DNA of 60,750 nucleotides from a virus: IMG/VR virus record IMGVR_UViG_3300045988_100865, positions 1 to 60,750 of that record; one strand, 5' to 3'. Shown piece by piece: positions 52,491 to 60,750 of this stretch (position 1 is its first letter; each line of letters starts with the position of its first letter). The notes under the pieces were generated by a model. It saw only the letters and a program-made list of their open reading frames with translations, ran no database searches and was not told where the DNA came from. The position numbers and the translations under genes were made by a program.

Positions 52491-53194
52491 GATACAATGG
52501 AGAGTATGCTAGAGAGCAACGCTCTTATGGCTGTTCCAAGTGTGGTACTGGTCGCTCAATTAGTGGAGTAGAAACTTATCGAACTGTGTATAGAACTTAT
52601 TACAGTGGAAGACTTTACATCTTTGAACAAGGTAAGACTTATCCTGTAGATGATATTCTTGGTAGATATTTAACTAACTTGAGATATACAGATAAAGAAG
52701 GTGTCATTAGAAATACTTTCACTGAAGTTCCTGATGATACAGAAGCAACTTATGTTAAAGATGTAGAAGAAACTGAGTTCCATATTCCTGAAGCTCCTAA
52801 AGAGGAAGAAAAGCCTGCTGAAGCATTAAAACCTTCAGAGGAAACTAAACCTACTCCTGAATCTAATAAGCCTACTGAGCCTAAAGAGCCTGAGGTTGCT
52901 CCTAAGCCTGTAGAAGAGCCAAAACCTCCTGTAACAGAGGAAGCACCTAAGCCTCCTGTTGAAACACCAAAACCTGCTGAAGATAATAAGCCTGTTACAG
53001 AAGAACCCAAGCCTGCTACACCAGAAGCTCCTAAAGAAGATGTAAAACCTTCTGAAGAGCCTCATACACCTCATACAGAAGCTCTTAAGCCTGTAGAAGA
53101 AACTGCTCCAACTGAACCTCCTAAGCCATCTGAGGAGCAACCTACAGATCCAGGAGATGGAAATGGTTACCCTCCTACAGATCACCTTGACTGA
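52481..53194 (+). CDS. protein with a globular N-terminus and a long Pro/Glu/Lys-rich C-terminal region
   Basis: The C-terminal ~135 aa consist of P-x-x-E-P-K-type repeats (EPKPPVTEEAPKPPVETPKPAEDNKP..). Confidence 0.55.
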   Translation: MQVRYNGEYAREQRSYGCSKCGTGRSISGVETYRTVYRTYYSGRLYIFEQGKTYPVDDILGRYLTNLRYTDKEGVIRNTFTEVPDDTEATYVKDVEETEFHIPEAPKEEEKPAEALKPSEETKPTPESNKPTEPKEPEVAPKPVEEPKPPVTEEAPKPPVETPKPAEDNKPVTEEPKPATPEAPKEDVKPSEEPHTPHTEALKPVEETAPTEPPKPSEEQPTDPGDGNGYPPTDHLD

Positions 53195-53207
53195 TAGGAG
53201 GTAGTAG

Positions 53208-53708
53208 ATGCCATTACCTAGAACTAATAGAGAGATCCTTGTGCTTAGACAAGGCACAGCAACACCTACTTATGATGAGAACTCAAGGCAGGTCATGAAA
53301 TGCTTGTGGGAAGAGGTTGAGCATCTATACTGTGTAGATCACATGCCTACTTCTAGAGGTTCTGAGAGTGATGCTACTACAACTCATACTCTTGAAGGAT
53401 CTAGGCAATTAGAAACCTTCTACTTTTCACTACATAATCAGTATCATTCCTGTGACTTTGATATTAAGCATGGTTACTATATCATGCAAAGAATATCTAC
53501 CAAGTGTAACTACTGGGAATGTCCTGAAGATGCTGGTTATATGTTTTGGAAGGTTGTATCATGTCGCACGTATGAGATTATGCCTGGGTGCTGGGATATT
53601 AAAATGACAGGTGAAAGACTGTCACCACGTGAGAGTGAACAGAAAGTACTAGAGTGTGCTCCTTATATTAAACAATTACAGGGGGTGATTACTCATGACC
53701 ACGACTGA
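53208..53708 (+). CDS. hypothetical head-tail joining module protein
   Basis: RBS AGGAGG upstream, co-oriented. Confidence 0.5.
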   Translation: MPLPRTNREILVLRQGTATPTYDENSRQVMKCLWEEVEHLYCVDHMPTSRGSESDATTTHTLEGSRQLETFYFSLHNQYHSCDFDIKHGYYIMQRISTKCNYWECPEDAGYMFWKVVSCRTYEIMPGCWDIKMTGERLSPRESEQKVLECAPYIKQLQGVITHDHD

Positions 53709-54165
53709 TATTCATGACTGGAAAGGTACTGAGTTTGTGGATGAGTTTACTGATTTTGTTCTTACTGGTACTTTGGAAGCTAAGGCTATTGCTTCTAAGC
53801 AAACAGGTAGAATGGTAAGCTCAGTTAAGATACGAAAAGTCAGTGATGGCTTTGAGGTGTATAGTGATCGTAATGACTTTCCTCCTACTAAGCGAGGTAA
53901 AGTTAGATACTATACCAAAGTTTATGTTGAGAAAGGCTATCCAACATTACCAGCGTTTGACTTCCTTATGCAAGGTTTCCTTAACATTGGTGATGGCGAG
54001 CTTGTGAAAGGTGGAGTAGGTCAGTACTCTGCTAGAGTTCCTTCAGGTAGACGGGGATCAGGTACAGCAATTCTAACTCAGGGTGATAAGTCTGCTGTGA
54101 CTGCATATAGAGAAAGAGCTGAAAGTAGATTGGCTGTGAAGATTCCTAAGAGGCTACAGAAATAG
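53695..54165 (+). CDS. hypothetical head-tail joining module protein
   Basis: Overlaps the upstream gene by 14 nt. Confidence 0.5.
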   Translation: MTTTDIHDWKGTEFVDEFTDFVLTGTLEAKAIASKQTGRMVSSVKIRKVSDGFEVYSDRNDFPPTKRGKVRYYTKVYVEKGYPTLPAFDFLMQGFLNIGDGELVKGGVGQYSARVPSGRRGSGTAILTQGDKSAVTAYRERAESRLAVKIPKRLQK

Positions 54166-54735
54166 ATGAATAGTGCAATATACATAAACATTAAGAAGTG
54201 GCTTCAAATGTATGGAGCTGGTGTTCTAGACTACTTCATTCAACCTGACCATCCAGAAGAGCTAGACCCAAGAAAACGATATGATAACTTTGATGTGCAA
54301 TTTAACCTACACGTAGGAACTACTGAACACTTCCAACTTAACCAAGGAGCTGAGTTTCCATTCTTGGCAATAGATGTTTCTTGTGATAATTCTTCTAAGT
54401 GCTTTCCTAGATTCTATGTAACATTTTCTGTATATTATTCATCTGTGTCTCCCCCTACTGGTAGGGTATGTATAGAGAACACACCTGAAGGTAAACTTGA
54501 GTACAGAGAAGAAGTGCACTGTCAAATTAAAAATATGTTGGTTCATCAAGTTAAAACCCCAAAAGGTATACAGAGAAAGACATTCGCTCAGGATGTAGCT
54601 TCATTAGATAACTGGTACTTACCTATCAATGCTAAAGTGCTTGATGTGGGATGTCCTCTAGACTTCTCTAATGAGCTTGTAGATGAAGTTGAAATGTTCT
54701 CATTCCCTGCTACCTTATCAATATTTACATGTTAA
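54166..54735 (+). CDS. hypothetical tail-module protein
   Basis: The ATG directly follows the upstream stop. Confidence 0.5.
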   Translation: MNSAIYINIKKWLQMYGAGVLDYFIQPDHPEELDPRKRYDNFDVQFNLHVGTTEHFQLNQGAEFPFLAIDVSCDNSSKCFPRFYVTFSVYYSSVSPPTGRVCIENTPEGKLEYREEVHCQIKNMLVHQVKTPKGIQRKTFAQDVASLDNWYLPINAKVLDVGCPLDFSNELVDEVEMFSFPATLSIFTC

Positions 54736-54749
54736 GAAGGAGAGAGAAC

Positions 54750-54929
54750 ATGGCTGTGGAAACCCCACTAAATGTAGATGAGTTCTTCATGTCTCGTAAT
54801 GAGATTGCAAACCGTCACGGTAGTCGTCTTGAGCTTCAAGCAATGGCACGTGTCCGTGAACACATGGTTGAAGAAGCAAATAACCAAAAACCTTCAGCTC
54901 AAGCTGATAATAAGAAAAAGGAGAAATAA
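54750..54929 (+). CDS. small hypothetical protein (59 aa)
   Basis: ATG 54750 follows AAGGAGAGAG (the listed ORF starts at 54729). Confidence 0.5.
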   Translation: MAVETPLNVDEFFMSRNEIANRHGSRLELQAMARVREHMVEEANNQKPSAQADNKKKEK

Positions 54930-56285
54930 ATGTCTAACTGTTTTGTAGATATGTCTCATCCTATGTACGGTTACACTACCCAAGATAAAGACAATAAAAT
55001 CATTGTTGCTATCAATGAGGAAATCCGTCCTTGTGTTCGCTGGAAAGCTAACAAACAAACACAGATTCCTAAAGGTACTTTAGTGCAATATGTACGTAAG
55101 GATGTTCCAGAAGATCAATTAAACTGTACACCTTTGAAATGCTTTAACACAGGTACACTTTATGTAAAAGCTGTAGATAAAGCAGTCAAGGTAAACTACC
55201 AAGTACGCTCTGATGCTGATGATTATGCACTTGGTTTCAACATGGTATATGTAAATGTACCTAAAGCTGGTACTTACCAACTTAAAGTTACTGTAGCAGA
55301 CTTCACAGATCTTGCTCAAGCTAACTCTTATGTCTACACATATAACTTTGAAACTTCAGCACCTGGAGCTGTCCTACGTACTATTGACTTTGCTGATACT
55401 AAAGCAATGACTCAAACAGGTACAGGATGGAAACCTTCTGACCATGGTGTAGTAATTTCTTATGAAGTAACTTACACAGGAACAGATGATTTTGATGGAC
55501 AAATTGGTTTCTCATCGCCTATGATCGTAAATGATCGTGCTGAGTTGCGTAAATTCTCAAATGTATTACTTTCATGTTTGACTTCATTCACACATAACAT
55601 TTCAGTACCTACAACAGATGCTAGATGTTTTGGTCGTCAATATGACAAGTCACAAATTGAGATCACTAAAGAAATCACAGCTACTACAACTTCATGTAAT
55701 GACTACTGGTTGAATCCACTTCAATCTATGTCTAAGAAGCTCACAAGTGGTATTCCTGTGACAGATAGCTTCACAGTAGAACGTATTGAAGTAGATGGTA
55801 AAGAATATGGATCACTTGTGATTCCTGACTTGTATTATGAAGATTGTAATACAATCATTATCTCTTCTGACCGTTGTGACTGTACATATCTTTCATCAAT
55901 GCCAATCTCAGCTGGTGTAAACCTTGAAGATGATGAGTTCATTGCTCTCACTCAAACACACCATGGATTGAGTCGTGGTACAGTTCTTGTGAACCCAATG
56001 TACATTGGTGAAAAACTTCTTGTGACTTACAATGCTGAACGTGATGTTGAGCTTATTGTAGCTAATGACAAACGTTTGAGAAACACTCACTTCCGTGTAA
56101 CTCAAATGGTTGAAAACACAAGAGGAATCAAAGAATACTATGTATTCAACAATGTTCTTATCACTGAAAACTCAAGAGAGTTCGGTACAGATGGAGAAAT
56201 CACTTTGTCATTGACATTCACAGTAAGTCGTGATGAAAATGGTAACTTCTATGAAATCCGTAGAAACATTGAAGATGTAGCTTAA
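54930..56285 (+). CDS. putative major tail protein (451 aa)
   Basis: Immediately upstream of the tape measure gene. Same high-expression codon bias as the capsid gene (CGT, GGT, GCT, TTC). Position-based call. Confidence 0.5.
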   Translation: MSNCFVDMSHPMYGYTTQDKDNKIIVAINEEIRPCVRWKANKQTQIPKGTLVQYVRKDVPEDQLNCTPLKCFNTGTLYVKAVDKAVKVNYQVRSDADDYALGFNMVYVNVPKAGTYQLKVTVADFTDLAQANSYVYTYNFETSAPGAVLRTIDFADTKAMTQTGTGWKPSDHGVVISYEVTYTGTDDFDGQIGFSSPMIVNDRAELRKFSNVLLSCLTSFTHNISVPTTDARCFGRQYDKSQIEITKEITATTTSCNDYWLNPLQSMSKKLTSGIPVTDSFTVERIEVDGKEYGSLVIPDLYYEDCNTIIISSDRCDCTYLSSMPISAGVNLEDDEFIALTQTHHGLSRGTVLVNPMYIGEKLLVTYNAERDVELIVANDKRLRNTHFRVTQMVENTRGIKEYYVFNNVLITENSREFGTDGEITLSLTFTVSRDENGNFYEIRRNIEDVA

Positions 56286-56299
56286 TTAGGAGAGTTTAA

Positions 56300-59200
56300 A
56301 TGTCAGTACGTACTATAAGTGTTACGATTAATGGTCTTAACGACATTGAGGCTAAGACAAAATTATTGAATAACATGAAAGCGACTGTGCTTGATATTGA
56401 ACGTATGATTAAGAAGATGGGCAGGTCTGATAACCTGCCCTCTATTAATTTAAAGCTCAATATTGATACTTCTGATATTCAAAAACAGATCAACAATGTT
56501 AATGCTCTTGTAAGTAAAGCATCAGGATCTAGTGTTGGTGGAAGTAGTAAAGTAAAAGGTCAAGCAATAGAAGTCACAAACTTAGCTGAATCATGGAAGA
56601 ATGTAGGTTCTGCAATGGATGAGGCTAATAGAGCACTTACTAGTCTGACATCTAACATGATTAAGCTAGGGGCTATCAATCCTGCCAAGACAATGCTAAG
56701 TGGATTGAGATCTGTGTCTTCTGAGTTGTTTAATGTTCAGAAGTCATTCACATCAATGGTGAATGGTAAGCTAACCAGTGGTCTTCAAAATATTGTAGGG
56801 TCTACATTAACATCAATGAGACAAGGTGTAACAGGAATGGTTGCTGAGTCTCAAAAGATTGGTGATGCTATGCAGATCTACCGTGTTAACATGTCAGCAC
56901 TAGGGTTTAGTGATAAGGATGTTAACAAGTCACTTAAACGATTAGGTGATTATGGTAAGTCTTCTGTGTATGATGCTTCTGACTTGATTCATCAAGCTTC
57001 AACTCTGTATGCTTACAATCGTAAAGATTCAGAAGATGTAGTTAAAGCCTTTGCTGGACTTATTGCACAGACAAATAACCCAGTAGAAGGTCTTAAAACA
57101 GCTGGTGAACAAACAGCTCAGATGTTGGCTAATGGTTATCTTAACCAACAAGACTTTAAATTCACTCGTGAAAGATTCTCTGCTCTTGGTGCTTCTGAAG
57201 TAAACAAGAGACTCTTAGCCTTAGCTCAATCTAAAGGTTATAGCTCAATTATCAAGGCAACGCAAGAAAAGGCAATCACAACTGATGAATATCTTGATGT
57301 TATCAAGGAAGTAGGTAACAGTCCTAAGTTCCAAAACCTTGTGACTTCAATCCTTACTCCAAAGCAAGCCATTGATAACTTAAAAGAAACCCTTTCAAAC
57401 CTCCTTGTGTTTGATAAGGTTGATGATGATGGTAATTCTTCTCCAGGTGCTTTAAATAAGGTATATGTAGCTACAAGAGACTTTATCAAGAGTGTCACAG
57501 ATGTTGTTGGTAGTGAAAAGTTTGAAGGTTATGTAAGAAAGCTTGGAGATGCTATTGGTACAGGTATTGAGAATATCAATAAATTCTCACACTCAATAAG
57601 CTTACTCTTTGGGAGCTCACTTGTTAGGTCTCTTGATACATTTGGTAAAAACTTTGCTTCAAGCATTAATGGAAGTATCTTAGAGAATACTAAAGGACTT
57701 TTCAACTCAGTCATTTCATTCTTTAATGAAACAGGAAGTGCTATTGGTAAGTTTGTCAATGAGGCTGGTAACTCATACATTAGGTATCTGACATCATGGG
57801 TTAACATTGGTAAAGAGCTTGTCAATGGAGGAATACTTGATGCTATCACTTCTGTGATTAATCTTATGACTAACCTCCAAGAGCTAGCTGTTAATAGCGG
57901 TGCTGTGAAGGATTTGGCAGGATTCTTAAAAGATTTTTCTAATGAATTAGCTAAACTATCAATTAATGATGATGTTAAAGGTGGTGCTAAATCAATAGTT
58001 AAGTCAATTAAGGGCTTTGCAGATGAGTTCATTAATGCAATACACTTCTTAGCAACTAGTACACCTATTGTTCAGGTAGCATCTAAAGTTGTATCATCTA
58101 TCTTTGACTTTTTCACTAATTTTGTGAAACTTACAAGACAAAATCTATCAAATAATAAGAACCTTAGCGGTGGACTGAAGGCTATTGGACAAGTAATTAG
58201 TGATCTACTTGAATATTTAGCTCCTGTGCTTGCTAGAATTACCTCTAGTGCTATTAATGCTTTAACATCAAATGTTGGTGTAAGATTCTTCCAATCATTA
58301 TCTAACTTTGTTAAAGCTGTTGTTACTGCTATTGAAAATGTAATTAAGTCCTTTGGAGGAGGTAATCTTCAAAAAGGCTTTGAAAACATCCTTGGTACTT
58401 TAACAACTGTGGTTGAAGTATTTGCTAAATTGGCTGAAATCCTTGGTCATGTAGGTAAGTACTTAATCATTGGAGCATTAATAGGTAAAGCAACAAGCCT
58501 TGTGTCTAACATTGTATCCTTCATTGGTAATACAGTGAATAGCCTTGGTCAGTTGAATAATTTCTCACTACCTGCAAAAACTAAAGCTGGTATGGCTGGT
58601 TCTTCGGCACAAGGAGCTACAAGTCTCCTTGAAGGTGGAGGATTCTTTTCAGGATTCTTTAATAAGAGAGCAGAGAAATACTACTCTAAGAGAAGTGAAA
58701 GAGCTTATCTTGCTAATGACACAGAGAAAGGAAACTATTATGCTGATTTAGCCTTCCAAGCTAGACAGAACAGAAATAGCAACAGGGGCATCAGAGCAAC
58801 ATTTAACGATTCTGTGCAAGCCTATAAGAATGTTAGGGCTAATGGAGGAACATTTAGACAAGCTATTGGTGCTGGTTTTGATACGGCTGGTGGCTTAGGT
58901 CAATCACTTAAAGGAGCTGGTCTTGCTTTTGGTACAATGTTTGGTGGAATGGCTATTGATGGCATTAACAACTTTGTGCAAGGAAGCAAGATGAGTAACT
59001 TTGCTAAACAGACTTCTAATGTAATCTCTAGTACTGCCTCAGGAGCTCTAGCAGGGGCAGGAATAGGCTCAATGTTCTCTCCTATAGGTACAGCATTAGG
59101 GGCAGGAATTGGAGGCTTTATAGGGCTTGTACAAGGCTTATTCACTAACAATGCTGATGAGCAAGCTAAGAAAGAGCAAGCTAAATTTGAAGCAGAGGCT

Positions 59201-60750
59201 AAGAAGCAGAAAGAAGAAATTGAGAAGGCTGAGACTGAAGCCCAGATTGCTCAATTGAGAGAGTCTGCTAATAGGCATATCCAGCTTATGTCTTCCTTCT
59301 ATAGATCACTGAAAGGTGAACAGGGAGGATCATCAGACTTAGCTACATCATCCGCTTTAGTCAGTGCTACAGCTAGTGAGTTTGGTGGAGATGCTAATAA
59401 AGCTGGTGCATCCTTAGGTTTAGCTAGTGTGTCACTTCCTAAAGACATTGACAAGTACAGTGTATCTGTGAATGGTGATACTAAGACTTGGGCTGAGTGG
59501 AGAGATCAACTTGGTGTAGATGATGCATCATTGCTTAAGAGCTTACAACAACTGTATGCTTCTTATGGACAAAAATATATTGAACTTAAGAACTCTACAG
59601 ATGGTACTGTGACACAGATTCAAACATTATCTGATGCTGAAGGGATTAGAAGACAGACTAATGTAGGTAACTTTATTGGTTCATTACAAAAAGTGCTTAA
59701 AAAAGCTAAGATTATTCCAGATCAGGCTATTAAGTTGTCATTTGAACAGATTAGTCAGTTCAAGGATGATATTGACTTTGCCCTTAAAGCAGGTAACTTT
59801 GGAAGTAAAGAAGATCAAAGACAAGCACTTGTGGATGCTGTTTCTAAGTTAGGTGTAAGTAAAGAGAAGCTACAAAAATTATCTATCCAAGACCTGATTG
59901 ATATGGCTAATACTCTTGATGATAGTGCTTCCCTTAATGGTAATGATATTAAGGGTACTAATGACTACTTAGCAAGTAAACTTAAAAAGCTTGAGTCTAA
60001 AGTAAGTGGTAAAGTTAAAGACTTTATTGACAATCTTTTGAAAGATGAAAAAGAAGGTAATGTTACTACAGATGATCTTCAAGCTGGTCTATCTGTGGCT
60101 TCACAAGCTAATCAAGTAAGTGATGATAGTTTAAAACTTACATTATCTAATCTAAAAAACGTTGCTAAGAAGAAAGCTTCTGAATTAACATCCACTTATA
60201 TCAATGCTGGTCTTGACATTCTTGAAAGCCCTGACTTTAGTAAATCACAAAAAGAGACAGCTTATGATAATCTTACTAAGGAACTTCAAGATATACTTGG
60301 TACAACTGATAAGAGAATTACAGATAAGATTCTTGAGTATGCAACTGATCACAAAGTAAGTCTTGAGAGTGCTATTGAAGCTGTAAGTAAGGATTCTAAA
60401 GTATCTGATGAGGAGAAAGCTGAACTCCAAGCTGAACTCTCTAACTTCACTAATCTTATCGGTAAAATGTATCAAGATGGTGCATTGAAGCTTGGTCAAG
60501 CTAAAGATTTGTTAACAAATGTTAACATGGATAATATAGATACTTCTAAGATTAGTGCAGAAGGTCTAGCATTGCTACAAGCATTAGGTTTTACGATTGA
60601 CAAGACTACTAACAAGGTAAAAGAGGTTAAAGATAAGGTTAAGAGTCATGATCCTAGTACACCTGATACAAGTAAGATTAGCCAAGCAGGAGCTGATATT
60701 GATGGAGCACTACAAGCTCTTGTGAACAGTGTAGCTAATTTTATGGCAGG
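56300..60750 (+). CDS. tape measure protein (N-terminal 1483 codons; ORF open at the window end, continues at 56..440)
   Basis: ATG 56300 follows AGGAGAG. I read the first ~1.2 kb and the last ~90 nt without finding a stop. Tape-measure-type region ..QIYRVNMSALGFSDKDVNKSLKRLGDYGKSSVYDASDL..FAGLIAQTNNPVEGLKTAGEQTAQMLANG... It is absent from the ORF track because no stop is reached. Confidence 0.85.
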   Translation, partial: MSVRTISVTINGLNDIEAKTKLLNNMKATVLDIERMIKKMGRSDNLPSINLKLNIDTSDIQKQINNVNALVSKASGSSVGGSSKVKGQAIEVTNLAESWKNVGSAMDEANRALTSLTSNMIKLGAINPAKTMLSGLRSVSSELFNVQKSFTSMVNGKLTSGLQNIVGSTLTSMRQGVTGMVAESQKIGDAMQIYRVNMSALGFSDKDVNKSLKRLGDYGKSSVYDASDLIHQASTLYAYNRKDSEDVVKAFAGLIAQTNNPVEGLKTAGEQTAQMLANGYLNQQDFKFTRERFSALGASEVNKRLLALAQSKGYSSIIKATQEKAITTDEYLDVIKEVGNSPKFQNLVTSILTPKQAIDNLKETLSNLLVFDKVDDDGNSSPGALNKVYVATRDFIKSVTDVVGSEKFEGYVRKLGDAIGTGIENINKFSHSISLLFGSSLVRSLDTFGKNFASSINGSILENTKGLFNSVISFFNETGSAIGKFVNEAGNSYIRYLTSWVNIGKELVNGGILDAITSVINLMTNLQELAVNSGAVKDLAGFLKDFSNELAKLSINDDVKGGAKSIVKSIKGFADEFINAIHFLATSTPIVQVASKVVSSIFDFFTNFVKLTRQNLSNNKNLSGGLKAIGQVISDLLEYLAPVLARITSSAINALTSNVGVRFFQSLSNFVKAVVTAIENVIKSFGGGNLQKGFENILGTLTTVVEVFAKLAEILGHVGKYLIIGALIGKATSLVSNIVSFIGNTVNSLGQLNNFSLPAKTKAGMAGSSAQGATSLLEGGGFFSGFFNKRAEKYYSKRSERAYLANDTEKGNYYADLAFQARQNRNSNRGIRATFNDSVQAYKNVRANGGTFRQAIGAGFDTAGGLGQSLKGAGLAFGTMFGGMAIDGINNFVQGSKMSNFAKQTSNVISSTASGALAGAGIGSMFSPIGTALGAGIGGFIGLVQGLFTNNADEQAKKEQAKFEAEAKKQKEEIEKAETEAQIAQLRESANRHIQLMSSFYRSLKGEQGGSSDLATSSALVSATASEFGGDANKAGASLGLASVSLPKDIDKYSVSVNGDTKTWAEWRDQLGVDDASLLKSLQQLYASYGQKYIELKNSTDGTVTQIQTLSDAEGIRRQTNVGNFIGSLQKVLKKAKIIPDQAIKLSFEQISQFKDDIDFALKAGNFGSKEDQRQALVDAVSKLGVSKEKLQKLSIQDLIDMANTLDDSASLNGNDIKGTNDYLASKLKKLESKVSGKVKDFIDNLLKDEKEGNVTTDDLQAGLSVASQANQVSDDSLKLTLSNLKNVAKKKASELTSTYINAGLDILESPDFSKSQKETAYDNLTKELQDILGTTDKRITDKILEYATDHKVSLESAIEAVSKDSKVSDEEKAELQAELSNFTNLIGKMYQDGALKLGQAKDLLTNVNMDNIDTSKISAEGLALLQALGFTIDKTTNKVKEVKDKVKSHDPSTPDTSKISQAGADIDGALQALVNSVANFMA

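Noticed and set aside
52750-53257. Minus-strand ORFs 52750..53010 and 52835..53257.
   Set aside because: They are antisense reading of the Pro/Glu/Lys-rich repeat (translations are Gly/Ser/Leu- or Arg/Phe/Leu-rich low-complexity). These are artefacts of biased composition.
57238-60499. Minus-strand ORFs inside the tape measure gene (57238..57498, 57529..58032, 58900..59151, 60245..60499).
   Set aside because: They are antisense to a continuous 4.8-kb ORF with recognisable tape-measure sequence. They have no SD and no operon context on the minus strand.

Overview
The window is a complete, circularly closed genome of a low-GC tailed phage. It has 60,695 unique bp, and bases 1-55 repeat at 60696-60750. 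The tape-measure gene is cut by the window ends. All calls come from reading the sequence and ORF track by eye; no searches or folding programs were run. LPXTG, MucBP, serine-rich-repeat and CHAP+GH25 lysin signatures point to a Gram-positive, Lactobacillales-type host. There are two opposed arms. The rightward late arm (about 41.9 kb through the window end to 17.4 kb) carries a RuvC-like resolvase, a tRNA region, terS, an SPP1 gp7-like head morphogenesis gene, terL, portal, scaffold, major capsid, connectors, putative major tail protein and a 1611-codon tape measure. It continues with Dit/Tal-position proteins, two virion peptidoglycan hydrolases, a serine-rich fibre, holin and endolysin, then a six-gene adhesin-like island after the lysis cassette. 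The leftward early arm (39.6 kb down to 17.5 kb) carries a Prim-Pol/helicase, DNA methyltransferase, an LPXTG adhesin, family-A DNA polymerase, PD-(D/E)XK nuclease, DHFR, dUTPase and a Sak4-like ATPase with SSB-like protein. No integrase or repressor is recognisable, so the phage is probably virulent. The points most worth follow-up are listed here. (1) The post-lysis island, in which four proteins share an unplaced Cys-rich N-terminal module; many other virion proteins are also Cys-rich. (2) A tRNA-like gene whose two halves flank a 291-nt insert holding an HTH mini-ORF and a complete tRNA. (3) A DNA polymerase gene interrupted by both a group I intron with a LAGLIDADG endonuclease ORF and an in-frame intein. 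(4) Bacterial adhesin modules encoded by the phage. (5) A 1-kb non-coding region with iteron families and three tandem Shine-Dalgarno-like 12-mers. (6) An orphan promoter-terminator unit that could make a small RNA.
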